A DNA stretch of 64,000 bases from an uncultured Candidatus Saccharibacteria bacterium (GTDB lineage: Bacteria; Patescibacteriota; Andersenbacteria; UBA10190), in contig CAYHTZ010000002.1 of NCBI GenBank assembly GCA_964359735.1, positions 22,937 through 86,936 on the forward strand, read 5' to 3'. The notes under the pieces were generated by a model. The model did not search any database. It saw only the letters and a list, made by a program, of their open reading frames with translations, and was not told where the DNA came from. The position numbers and the translations under genes are program-made. Shown piece after piece: positions 27,152 through 36,216 of this stretch. The stretch's first letter is position 1; the number at the start of each line of letters is the position of its first letter.

Positions 27152-28303
27152 ATGGCCAGCAGTATGCATATGCCCTCAAATCCCTCACTTCTAGAGGAAA
27201 TTCCCGCTACGGTTAGTGCTGAAAACTACGAGCCTGTGTGGACAGTTGGTGGAATAACGTACCTATTTGAATCTCTTTATTTAAAAAATACTTTTGAGAA
27301 GAGAGACTTTCTCCTGACTAATTGCAATCGTGAGCATACGGTGTATATATCCAAGAGCGAAAAAAAGAGACTTTCTGAGGAAGGTTTTAAGCTTATTTAT
27401 CAGGATTTAGATAGCTATGAGCGAAAAGTGGAATCCCGTCTTGAAGAGAATGGCAAAGCTCTTGACACAATACTTCAGCAAAACCTGTCCCCCTTAACCA
27501 ATGCTGAGCTAGCAGAAAACTTTCGACAGGCAGGGGTATTATTTACCCAGATGTGGAATGATTACTTTTGGACTGAGCATTTCCACACAGATAAAGTGGC
27601 GGACATTCTGGAAAGACGAGATGCATTTGTGGATCTTAAGCGGCTGCAAAGCAACGTTGACAGGATGGGAAGGCTGAAGTGGCTTCAGCGAGAGAGAAAC
27701 CTCAATCGGACGTTTATGCCCGGCGGCCTTTTGGATAAGTACATGGGAGAAATAAGCAAGCGGCTTGATCTGAGGCAGCCAGTCGACCGCTATCATTACA
27801 AAGAACTTATTGACTTGCTCTATGGCAAGCCTGTTGAAATCCCAAATCGGGAAGTATATGCCAAAGGTAAGTTTTCTGGGTGGAAAGATGTCGTGGGCGA
27901 TGCTGCCAGAGCGATTATTGAGAAACTATCTTATCTTGAGCCTGGGATTTCTCAGCTAGAAGGGCGAGTAGGAAATAGAGGCAAGTATCGGGGCAGAGTA
28001 CGGAAAATCAATTTCAGTGCTGAGACTGACTACGACCAAGAAATAGAGGCAATGCGAGTCGGTGAAGTACTTGTGTCGGGGTCCACTGGACCTGAGCTCA
28101 TTCTGGCTTGTAAGAAGGCCGGTGCGATTATAACTGACGAAGGTGGAGTCACTTCCCATGCTGCCATAGTCTCAAGAGAACTTAACATACCCTGCGTGAT
28201 CGGAACTAAGGTTGCCACGAAAGTTTTAGAGAATGGTGACGAGGTAGAAGTCAATGCTGATGTGGGTGTTGTAAGAATTCTCTCTAAGGCAGTAAAGCAC
28301 TAA
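27152..28303 (+). CDS. Protein with a C-terminal PEP-utilizing phosphohistidine swivel domain
   Basis: AIITDEGGVTSHAAIVSRELNIPCVIG; N-terminal region not recognised. Confidence 0.8.
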   Translation: MASSMHMPSNPSLLEEIPATVSAENYEPVWTVGGITYLFESLYLKNTFEKRDFLLTNCNREHTVYISKSEKKRLSEEGFKLIYQDLDSYERKVESRLEENGKALDTILQQNLSPLTNAELAENFRQAGVLFTQMWNDYFWTEHFHTDKVADILERRDAFVDLKRLQSNVDRMGRLKWLQRERNLNRTFMPGGLLDKYMGEISKRLDLRQPVDRYHYKELIDLLYGKPVEIPNREVYAKGKFSGWKDVVGDAARAIIEKLSYLEPGISQLEGRVGNRGKYRGRVRKINFSAETDYDQEIEAMRVGEVLVSGSTGPELILACKKAGAIITDEGGVTSHAAIVSRELNIPCVIGTKVATKVLENGDEVEVNADVGVVRILSKAVKH

Positions 28304-28330
28304 GGGGTAAGAGTTTGGTATACTCTTTGT

Positions 28331-30016
28331 ATGCCACTGGTGCATGATTCTTCGGACGAGAAGGAGTTAAAAAAGGAGCTCACGACGAAGCTCTCAGTGC
28401 TCTCCCGAGAGCAGGAAGAGCGTCTGGCGCAGCAGCGGGCGGAGAGGTTGGGCTTGCCGTACGTGAGCTTAGTCACCTTCCCGATTGACGCTGATATTTT
28501 GGAAGCTGTGCCGAAAGCGGACGCGGCTAAGGCTGGGGCAGTGCTCTTCTATCGTCATGGGAAAGATATGCGGTTAGGCGTCATTAACCCAACTCTGCCG
28601 GCGACAAAGGAATTGGTACAGGAGCTGACTAAACGGTATGGAGCGCGGCCGCAACTCTACGTCATTTCTACCAGGAGTCTTGCGGCCTCGCTGGCTCGCT
28701 ATCGGCGGGCGCGGGAGGCGGAAGTGCTGCCTGAGCAAGAGCTACGTGTGGCTGACGAGATGCTCTCCGAGTACCGCCAAACTATTAAGCGCCTGTCTGA
28801 GCTGGGACAGCGGATCACCAGTCTTCCTCCCACCGAAGTCCTGAACGCGATTGTAACAGGGGCGGTAGAGATGGACGCCTCAGACATTCACGTGGAGCCG
28901 AAAGAAAAGGAAGCGCGGCTGCGCTACCGCATCGATGGCGTGCTGCAAGATATTACCTCGTTTGCCCGGGATGGCTGGGCGCTCTTGCTTTCGCGCGTTA
29001 AGGTACTATCGAAGCTCAAACTGAACGTTCACGAAGTACCTCAGGATGGCAGTTTTGTGTTGCGCCTGGGTGGGGAAACGTATGACATCCGCGTCTCCAT
29101 CCTGCCTGGGGATTGGGGAGAAAATATTGTGATGCGTATTCTATCGCGCAAAGCGGAGCTCGTGAAAGTCACGGAGCTCGGTATGAAGCAGCGCGATTAC
29201 GAAGTTATGCAGCGGGAGCTCAAGCGGCCGAACGGTATGATCTTAGTGACCGGGCCGACGGGGAGCGGAAAAACAACTACGCTTGCCTCCTTTCTTCAAG
29301 AAATTAATACCCCTGACCTTAAAATTATTACGCTGGAAGACCCTATTGAATACCGAATCCCCGGAGTGGAACAAACCGAGGTGGACGCGGTTGCCGGGTA
29401 CACGTTTGCGAAAGGGTTGCGTTCGATTCTACGCCAAGACCCCGATATTATTTTAGTGGGAGAAATGCGGGATATTGAAACAGCTGAGACGGCGGTGAAT
29501 GCTGCGCTGACCGGGCACTTGGTGTTCTCTACGTTACACACGAACAACGCCCCCGGCGCTATTCCTCGGCTCATCTCCATGGGAGTAAAACCCTTTGTGT
29601 TAGCGCCGGCGCTGAACGTGGTCATTGCCCAGAGGTTGGTGCGGAAAGTGTGTCGGGAGTGTGCGGAGGAGTATACACCGGACCAACCACTCATCGATCG
29701 TATTTTGAGCGTAATGCAGGGGGTGAAGAAAGAAGTGTTCGACCCGGCCACGCTCAAAAAGCCCAAACTCAAGTTTGTACGGGCGAAGGGGTGTGTCGCC
29801 TGCGGGGAAACGGGGTACAAAGGCAGAATAGGAGTATTTGAAATTTTCGTAGTGGAAGGCCGTATGGAGCAGCTGGTATTGGCGGGAGCCGATGGCCAGC
29901 AAATTCGGGAAGAAGCGTTGAAGCAAGGTATGACCACGATCGGCCAGGATGGCTACCTCAAGGTTATTGATAAGGTAACAGCTGTCGAGGAAGTGGAAAG
30001 GATCTCAGAAGAATAA
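28331..30016 (+). CDS. GspE/PilB family pilus assembly ATPase
   Basis: ASDIHVEP, GPTGSGKTTT, EDPIEY, LRQDPDII.VGEMRD, STLHTN, two CxxC motifs. Confidence 0.95.
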   Translation: MPLVHDSSDEKELKKELTTKLSVLSREQEERLAQQRAERLGLPYVSLVTFPIDADILEAVPKADAAKAGAVLFYRHGKDMRLGVINPTLPATKELVQELTKRYGARPQLYVISTRSLAASLARYRRAREAEVLPEQELRVADEMLSEYRQTIKRLSELGQRITSLPPTEVLNAIVTGAVEMDASDIHVEPKEKEARLRYRIDGVLQDITSFARDGWALLLSRVKVLSKLKLNVHEVPQDGSFVLRLGGETYDIRVSILPGDWGENIVMRILSRKAELVKVTELGMKQRDYEVMQRELKRPNGMILVTGPTGSGKTTTLASFLQEINTPDLKIITLEDPIEYRIPGVEQTEVDAVAGYTFAKGLRSILRQDPDIILVGEMRDIETAETAVNAALTGHLVFSTLHTNNAPGAIPRLISMGVKPFVLAPALNVVIAQRLVRKVCRECAEEYTPDQPLIDRILSVMQGVKKEVFDPATLKKPKLKFVRAKGCVACGETGYKGRIGVFEIFVVEGRMEQLVLAGADGQQIREEALKQGMTTIGQDGYLKVIDKVTAVEEVERISEE

Positions 30017-30019
30017 ATT

Positions 30020-30094
30020 CAGTACACAGTATGCAGTAAACAGTGCGCAGTGCTCGGTTTCTGACTGTATTCTGTGTCCTGTCTACTGTTTACT
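30020..30094. repeat. Inverted heptamer tandem repeat between convergent genes (possible terminator hairpin)
   Basis: CAGTACA CAGTATG CAGTAAA CAGTGCG CAGTGCT ... ACTGTAT TCTGTGT CCTGTCT ACTGTTT. Confidence 0.75.
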
Positions 30095-30097
30095 TGC

Positions 30098-31240
30098 TTA
30101 CGGTAGGATTCCTCGAATTTTCTCCAGGGCCTGGTGGGTGGCAGCCTCGAGCGAAGGGGCGGAGAGACGCAGTACCAGAGCGCTATTCTGTTTTTCAGCG
30201 GAGAGTTCGCTTTGAATTTCTTCACGGCGGTTGAGCAGACCCTTTCCTAGGAGTAGGTGGACTTGATAGGCGCCGAGCCTCTGCTCGTACAAAATGAAAG
30301 CCGCGTTGAAGCCGGCGATATTGTTGGTGAGTTCGCGCATGACGTCGGGAATAATGTCGGGAGCGGCGTTACTCTCCTCGAAATCGATGGGGCGGAGAAT
30401 ACTCCAGTAGAGCCCCCCGCCTTCTTCATGCTGGAGGCGGGCAAACGAGCGGCCCAGGAGTTTCAAGAGCGAGAGCGGCTTGGTTTTGACGATGTGTTGA
30501 ATAACGGATTCCTTATCGGCTTCTCTCTCGAGAAGGTCGGCGGCGAGCTGGAAGGCCTGCGGGGTAGTGGAAGGCTTTTGGAATGAGTCGGTAGCCGAGA
30601 CAATGCCCGCGTAGAGACAGGTGGCCAGGTCTGGGGTGGGCGCCGCATCCGGGAGAGTATTTATAAGGTGGTAGGTGACCTCGGCCACCGAGCTGGCCGT
30701 GATATCTACGATATTAACCGTGCCGAAGTGTTCATTTTTGGCGCGATGATCAATGTTGATGATCGGCGTGCTGTAAAAAAAATCTGTGTGCTGAGTGAAA
30801 ATGTTGCCGAGCTCTTCCAAATCAGCGGCGCCGAGGATGATGGCGAGATCGTACGGCAAGGGGCGGACCACGGTTTCAATTTGATCTTTCGTAAGGCTGA
30901 CGCCCGGGGGGAACACCACGTGAATACGGACCCCGCCGGAGAGAGGTTCTTCGCGCAGGGCCACTGTTTGAGCCGGGCCGGCGATATCTACCACTACGTC
31001 TGATTGCTCTCGCGGTTGCATTTTCACTTGCGAAGAGCCGGGGAGAAACTGCAAGGCGGCGGGAACGTGAGAAGGGCTGACCGCGTCAACTTCCTCCGCC
31101 CCCTTTCCCATTAAGAGAGCCAGGTAGAGGGCGGTCATGGAGGCGAAGGCGTCGTACGAAGGCTTTTCCGGAACGAGGAGGAGAGTATGCGAGGCACGCT
31201 CCGTAAGTGAGATAGCTTGTTGCAGCTCGGGTAACGCCAT
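30098..31240 (-). CDS. DHH family phosphoesterase-like protein (degenerate motifs)
   Basis: NIDHRAKNEHFG, ATCLYAGIVSATDSF. Confidence 0.8.
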   Translation of the reverse strand: MALPELQQAISLTERASHTLLLVPEKPSYDAFASMTALYLALLMGKGAEEVDAVSPSHVPAALQFLPGSSQVKMQPREQSDVVVDIAGPAQTVALREEPLSGGVRIHVVFPPGVSLTKDQIETVVRPLPYDLAIILGAADLEELGNIFTQHTDFFYSTPIINIDHRAKNEHFGTVNIVDITASSVAEVTYHLINTLPDAAPTPDLATCLYAGIVSATDSFQKPSTTPQAFQLAADLLEREADKESVIQHIVKTKPLSLLKLLGRSFARLQHEEGGGLYWSILRPIDFEESNAAPDIIPDVMRELTNNIAGFNAAFILYEQRLGAYQVHLLLGKGLLNRREEIQSELSAEKQNSALVLRLSAPSLEAATHQALEKIRGILP

Positions 31241-31327
31241 AAATCTGCCTATGGTACCGTTCCTCATCTGGTATGGGAATGGCAGGGTTTGTGGAAAAGG
31301 TGGGTAAAGGCGGTTACGATTACACAC

Positions 31328-32113
31328 ATGTTCCTCTCTGAAATAGTGATTCTTGGGCTGGTTCAGGGCTTAACAGAGTTTTTACCAATTAGTTCCAGCG
31401 GCCACTTAGTCCTGGCTCGAATGTTGTTCGGTATTTCAGATGCAAACGGCACCGCCTTTGATGCTTTTTTACATTTGGGCACGTTGCTCGCTGTCGGCGT
31501 GTACTTTCGGCAAGTGTGGTGGGGAATTTTGCGAGGTCTCTTTACCAATGACAGCGAGGGGCGCGATAAGCGCGAGCTCGCGGCCAAACTGGCGCTCGCC
31601 ACCGTGCCGGCGGCTATAGCCGGGTACGCTTTTCAAGCAATGGGAGAGGAAACGGGGCGTTCCCCAGGCCTTTTGGCAGCGGGGTTTCTCATTACGGCGG
31701 CTTTGCTGGCCGCTACTGACCTTGTGTCCCAGCGGCGAGTGACCACTTCCCGGGCAGGCTTCCGAGATGCGTTTCTCATTGGGCTGGCGCAAATAGCGGC
31801 GCTGTTCCCGAGTATTTCGCGCTCGGGCGTAACCATTGCAGCCGGCCGCTTCTTGAGCATGTCGCGCAAGCAAGCCACCACCTTTTCCTTCCTGATGTCG
31901 GCGCCAATCATCGCAGGAGCAGGACTCTCCAGCCTCGGAGCCTTGGTAGGTGCAAATGATTTTTCGGCTGGGCAGCTTTTGTTTGGATTCCTCGTGTCTT
32001 TTCTCGCCGGCGTGGCGGCGATTGCGTTCGTTTTGAAAATTGTGGAAAAGGTATCGTTTTGGCCCTTTGTCATCTACCTTGTGGGGGTGGCGGCGTGGCT
32101 CCTTTGGTCGTAA
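31328..32113 (+). CDS. uppP: Undecaprenyl-diphosphate phosphatase
   Basis: QGLTEFLPISSSGHL, HLGT, PSISRSG.T, FSFLMSAP. Confidence 0.95.
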   Translation: MFLSEIVILGLVQGLTEFLPISSSGHLVLARMLFGISDANGTAFDAFLHLGTLLAVGVYFRQVWWGILRGLFTNDSEGRDKRELAAKLALATVPAAIAGYAFQAMGEETGRSPGLLAAGFLITAALLAATDLVSQRRVTTSRAGFRDAFLIGLAQIAALFPSISRSGVTIAAGRFLSMSRKQATTFSFLMSAPIIAGAGLSSLGALVGANDFSAGQLLFGFLVSFLAGVAAIAFVLKIVEKVSFWPFVIYLVGVAAWLLWS

Positions 32114-32123
32114 GGTAAAGTGT

Positions 32124-32867
32124 ATGGATATCTCTGTCATTATTCCCGCTCACAACGAGGTAGGTACGATCGAGCGCCTCTTGCAATCGCTCCAGCGGCA
32201 AGAATTTGAGCGGCAGGCTTTCGAAATTATCGTGGTGGCGGACCGATGCACAGACCAAACGGTGGCGGCGGCGCAAAGGTTTCAAGTTGACCAGGTGGTA
32301 GAGGGTGTATTCAACAGTCCGGCCGCGGCGCGTAACGCGGGAGCAGGAAAAGCCAGGGGAAGAATCCTCCTTTTTCTCGATGCTGATGTCATTTTACCAA
32401 CCCCTACTTTTCTCACCGCGGTTTTGAATCAGGCGCGGGAGGGAGTGGTGGGCACATGTCTCGCTACGCCGCAGCAGCCAGGCTTTCGGGCGCGGTTATT
32501 TTGGGTGGTGCGCAACGGTTTCAAGAAGCTCAAATGGGCGCGAGACTCCAATTCCATGTTATTTGTTGACCGGCGTACATTTCGGTCAGTGGGTGGGTAT
32601 AAGGCCTCCGCGTGGCCGTTCGAGTATTACGATTTCATCCAAGCAGCGCGGAAGCAAGGAACCCCGTACGTATTCTTATCTGAGCCCGCGGTGGCAGTTT
32701 CCATGCGCCGATATGAGGGGGGAGGGTACGCGCGCACCATACTGTGGTGGCTTGGGCAAATCGCCCGGTATAACTTGGGAATGAAAGTGCAACGGCCAAA
32801 GCCGGTAGAGGTGTGGGAGCGGGAGCGCTGGACCCGTACCCTGATAGGGCTGTTTGGTTGGGAGTAA
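32124..32867 (+). CDS. GT2 family glycosyltransferase
   Basis: SVIIPAHNE, ARNAGA, FLDADV. Confidence 0.88.
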   Translation: MDISVIIPAHNEVGTIERLLQSLQRQEFERQAFEIIVVADRCTDQTVAAAQRFQVDQVVEGVFNSPAAARNAGAGKARGRILLFLDADVILPTPTFLTAVLNQAREGVVGTCLATPQQPGFRARLFWVVRNGFKKLKWARDSNSMLFVDRRTFRSVGGYKASAWPFEYYDFIQAARKQGTPYVFLSEPAVAVSMRRYEGGGYARTILWWLGQIARYNLGMKVQRPKPVEVWERERWTRTLIGLFGWE

Positions 32868-32888
32868 TGAGCATACACTAGCTTTTAC

Positions 32889-33605
32889 ATGACGGCGCTC
32901 CGTACCCGCGTTTTGCGGTTCATTTGGCAGTTGTACCCGGATCGCATCCGAGGATACCGGTTTTGGCGCCAGCTTAAGAGGATCGCCCAGGCGAGGCCGA
33001 GGTTATTTTTTATTCAGATTGGCGCGAACGACGGGGTGGTGGCGGACCCTCTCCGTCAGTTCATCTTGAAGTACCGCTGGCGGGGCATCTTGGTGGAACC
33101 GCTGCCGGCCGCTTTCCAGGCGCTTAAACGGAATTATCACGGAGTGGAAGGCTTGCAGTTTGAGAATTCAGCGATTGGGAAGGAGGCAGGAGAGGCGACG
33201 CTCTACTATCTCAAGAACAGCGAGCAGCTCGTGCGATGGTGCGGCAGCATAGCATCATTCTCGAAGGAACATGTGCTCAAGCACCGTTGGGCTGTCCCAG
33301 GGATGGAACATTTAATAGAAGAAGTGCGAGTGCCCACCCTGTCGTTTCCTCAACTTCTCGAGAAGTATCACGTGCGCCAGCTTGATCTCGTGTGCATTGA
33401 CGTGGAAGGGTTTGACTGGGAGGTTATGCAACAGATTCCCTTTGATCGCTGGCGGCCGGCCGCCATTATGTACGAGCACGTCCATCTGAAAGATGTGGAG
33501 AAAGCAGCCTGTGAGCGTTTGCTCGAGGGCCACGGTTACACTCTGGCGCGCACTTCGCGCGATACGCTTGCTGTAAGGTATGAAGCGAACACTACACAAC
33601 CTTAA
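32889..33605 (+). CDS. FkbM family methyltransferase
   Basis: QIGANDG, GILVEP, IDVEGFD. Confidence 0.9.
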   Translation: MTALRTRVLRFIWQLYPDRIRGYRFWRQLKRIAQARPRLFFIQIGANDGVVADPLRQFILKYRWRGILVEPLPAAFQALKRNYHGVEGLQFENSAIGKEAGEATLYYLKNSEQLVRWCGSIASFSKEHVLKHRWAVPGMEHLIEEVRVPTLSFPQLLEKYHVRQLDLVCIDVEGFDWEVMQQIPFDRWRPAAIMYEHVHLKDVEKAACERLLEGHGYTLARTSRDTLAVRYEANTTQP

Positions 33606-34011
33606 CGAAGTACAAGCGCTCGCCCAGGAGTTAGCAGCGCGCCTCCGCGGCGGAGAAGTGTGGCTGCTGTCGGGCCCGCTGGGTGCGGGCAAGACCACAT
33701 TCGTACAAGCGCTCGCGCGGGAATTAGGCGTTCAAGATATCGTTAACTCTCCTACGTATACGATTGCTGCTGAGTATGCTGTTCCTGATCACAACTTCAT
33801 CAAAACGCTGGTGCACGTGGATTTATACCGTCTCTCCGAACATGCCGGCGGTGATCCCGCCGTGCGAGATGTACTGGAGCGAGCGGGAAAGGAGCGTCTC
33901 ACGGTGATTGAGTGGGCGGAGCGGTTGGGGGAAAGTGTGCCAGCCGGAACATGGATTCGGTTTGACTACGGGGATGAAGCAGGCGAGAGAGTGGTTATGC
34001 TTGATGATTAA
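33580..34011 (+). CDS. tsaE: tRNA t6A biosynthesis ATPase TsaE
   Basis: GPLGAGKTTF, SPTY, HVDLYRL, IEW. Confidence 0.95.
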   Translation: MKRTLHNLNEVQALAQELAARLRGGEVWLLSGPLGAGKTTFVQALARELGVQDIVNSPTYTIAAEYAVPDHNFIKTLVHVDLYRLSEHAGGDPAVRDVLERAGKERLTVIEWAERLGESVPAGTWIRFDYGDEAGERVVMLDD

Positions 34012-36086
34012 GGATAGCGCAGGACACGAAAGAGATTGCTATACGCATCGGTCCAATCAACTTTCTTGGTATGTGAGGTAAGCGAAGCGGCGTGGGGAGC
34101 TTGGAAGAGATCGGTTAGGGTAGAGGGTTCACGTGCGAGCAGTACCCATACCGAAGGGGTGCCGTGATGGCTCTCGGAGGCTTCGTCGCTCACCACGACG
34201 CCAACCAGATTTTTTGCCTCGGCATGGCCGGCCAGTACGGGGTGCAAGTTTACATGGCGGTTAGAAATATTAAACGCCAGCATGCCGCCGGGGGCGAGGT
34301 GATCTAGGTAGAGGGCAACGGCTTCGCGGGTCAGCAAGTGTATGGGAATGGCATCGTCGGTAAAGGCATCTACTACAATGAAGTCAAACTGGCCGGCCTG
34401 GCCTGCGCGCCGCTCGCGTTCTAAAGAGAGGCGGGCGTCGCCTACAGCAGTTTCCACTTTACCGGGGCAGTGTTGCAAGTACGTGAAGTACTGGCTGGCG
34501 AGATCAAGCACCGCGGGGTTAATCTCGTAGAAGCGGAACTCGTCCTCCGGGTGAGTACAAAAGGCAGCCATAGTACCGGCGCCCAGGCCGAGAGTGGCTA
34601 CGTTCAGGGGTTCGCGGCTGCGGCGCCTTGGGTGAGAAGCGATGGCCCGGGCAATGCCGCTGCTCTCGGTGTAATAGGTGGTAGGCAGAAACTCGGCCTC
34701 GCTGCTCGTGACTTGGCTGCCGTGCAAAATATGGCCATTGACCATGTAGCGTTCATTCACCCCATCGGCGATACTTTGTTCTTGAACTTTTACTACTCCG
34801 TAGAAGTTTCTGGAGCGGGTGAGAGTGGAGCGAGCCTCAAGCCAGGTGCCGAGCGCAAAGGTAATTATCAGAACTACAGGTAACACGGTAGAGAAAATTC
34901 GGTGTTGTTTTGGTCCCAAGAGGCGTGCCAGAGTGGGGTTCACCGTGACGAGGGCCACCGCGACGGCCGCGATGATAAGGAGGGGGAACTCCCAGTGGTC
35001 AGGGAAGAGGAATGGGACGACCAGCGAAACGAGGATAGCGCCGACCGCGCTGCCGGCAGCCACCACTAAGTAAAACCAAGGTAAGTGCCGTACGGACGGG
35101 CGCTGCCGGTAGAGGTATTCGTGGCAGACGGCGCAGCCTAAGAAGATTGCGAGGCCAAAGAGAACTACTTGAGAGATAATGTCGAGCGGCAGGCCGCGCA
35201 GGTAGGCACCCATCGCGAACGGAGCCGCGGTTAAGAAGAGAACGCCGAAGGCGTTAGGGTAGTAGCGCAGGCCGCTGAATACGAATATGAAGGAGAGAAG
35301 GTAAAGCGCGAGCGGGAGCAGCCACAGAAAAGGCGCCGCTGCGATTTCTTGAGTTATTTGGGTTGTACCCGCGATTAGGAGCGCGGAGGTGAGGGCGGGT
35401 AGACCCAACCAGGCAGTGTAGAGACGGAGCCGGCCGGGCGGGAGAGCCTCTTCTTCGATGTCGCGGGCTATATCTTTGGATTTTTGGTAGTAGAACATAG
35501 CCACTCCAGCCGTCAGGATAGTGGTGACAAAGAAACTTGCCGTCCACACCACTGCCTGCGTGGGGAGGGAAAAGAGAGGTTCGAATACGAAAGGGTAGGA
35601 GAGCAGAGCTATAAGGGAGGCGGCATTTGAGAGCGCGTAGAGCTTATAGGGAGAAGTGGGCTTGAGGGCCCCCCACCAGCGCTGCAGAAGAGGGCTGGTG
35701 GTGGAGAGCACCCCATACGGGAGTCCCACGGCGACAGTTAAAAGGAGCAGAATGTGCCAGGCGGGAGACTCATCCTGGGTGGGCTGCCAATCAATGCTTG
35801 GCAGAAGGGGAACCGGCCAATCCTGGGTGGTGATGAAGAGGACCAACCAGGAGACGCCAATAAGGCCGAGGTGGATCGCTGCTTGCTGCCGGGGAGGTAC
35901 GTAGGCGGTAAGGAAGTGGACATATGCGTACCCCAAGAGGAGTACGACAATGAAAAACATCATGCTGGTGGTCCAGACAGCGGCGCTACCGCCGAACCAC
36001 GGCGTGAGATACTTCGCTACGAGCGGCTGAATTAGAAAAAGCAGGAAGGCGCTGGCAAAGACAGTGAGAGGGTACAGCCACTTCAT
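34008..36086 (-). CDS. Fused membrane / spermidine-synthase-like SAM-dependent protein
   Basis: PWFGGSAAVW, LYALSN, LGLGAGTMA, YEINP, GDAR, VDAFTDDAIPIHLLTRE. Confidence 0.85.
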   Translation of the reverse strand: MKWLYPLTVFASAFLLFLIQPLVAKYLTPWFGGSAAVWTTSMMFFIVVLLLGYAYVHFLTAYVPPRQQAAIHLGLIGVSWLVLFITTQDWPVPLLPSIDWQPTQDESPAWHILLLLTVAVGLPYGVLSTTSPLLQRWWGALKPTSPYKLYALSNAASLIALLSYPFVFEPLFSLPTQAVVWTASFFVTTILTAGVAMFYYQKSKDIARDIEEEALPPGRLRLYTAWLGLPALTSALLIAGTTQITQEIAAAPFLWLLPLALYLLSFIFVFSGLRYYPNAFGVLFLTAAPFAMGAYLRGLPLDIISQVVLFGLAIFLGCAVCHEYLYRQRPSVRHLPWFYLVVAAGSAVGAILVSLVVPFLFPDHWEFPLLIIAAVAVALVTVNPTLARLLGPKQHRIFSTVLPVVLIITFALGTWLEARSTLTRSRNFYGVVKVQEQSIADGVNERYMVNGHILHGSQVTSSEAEFLPTTYYTESSGIARAIASHPRRRSREPLNVATLGLGAGTMAAFCTHPEDEFRFYEINPAVLDLASQYFTYLQHCPGKVETAVGDARLSLERERRAGQAGQFDFIVVDAFTDDAIPIHLLTREAVALYLDHLAPGGMLAFNISNRHVNLHPVLAGHAEAKNLVGVVVSDEASESHHGTPSVWVLLAREPSTLTDLFQAPHAASLTSHTKKVDWTDAYSNLFRVLRYP

Positions 36087-36129
36087 ATCAGGTTGTTTAC
36101 TGTATAGCACAGTCGGTAGAATCTAAAGG

Positions 36130-36216
36130 ATGGCCAAAACCCCCAAACTCGCCTTGATCGACCCCACTTCGCTAAAGCTTCGCGGGGCAGGCGCCCATGC
36201 TATTTATGGCTCGTAA
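36130..36216 (+). pseudogene. Vestigial duplicate of the polA 5' end carrying a 30-nt palindromic insertion
   Basis: Translates MAKTPKLALID-PTSLKLRGAG-AHAIYGS*, against PolA MARNPKLALID-AHALIHR. Confidence 0.75.
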
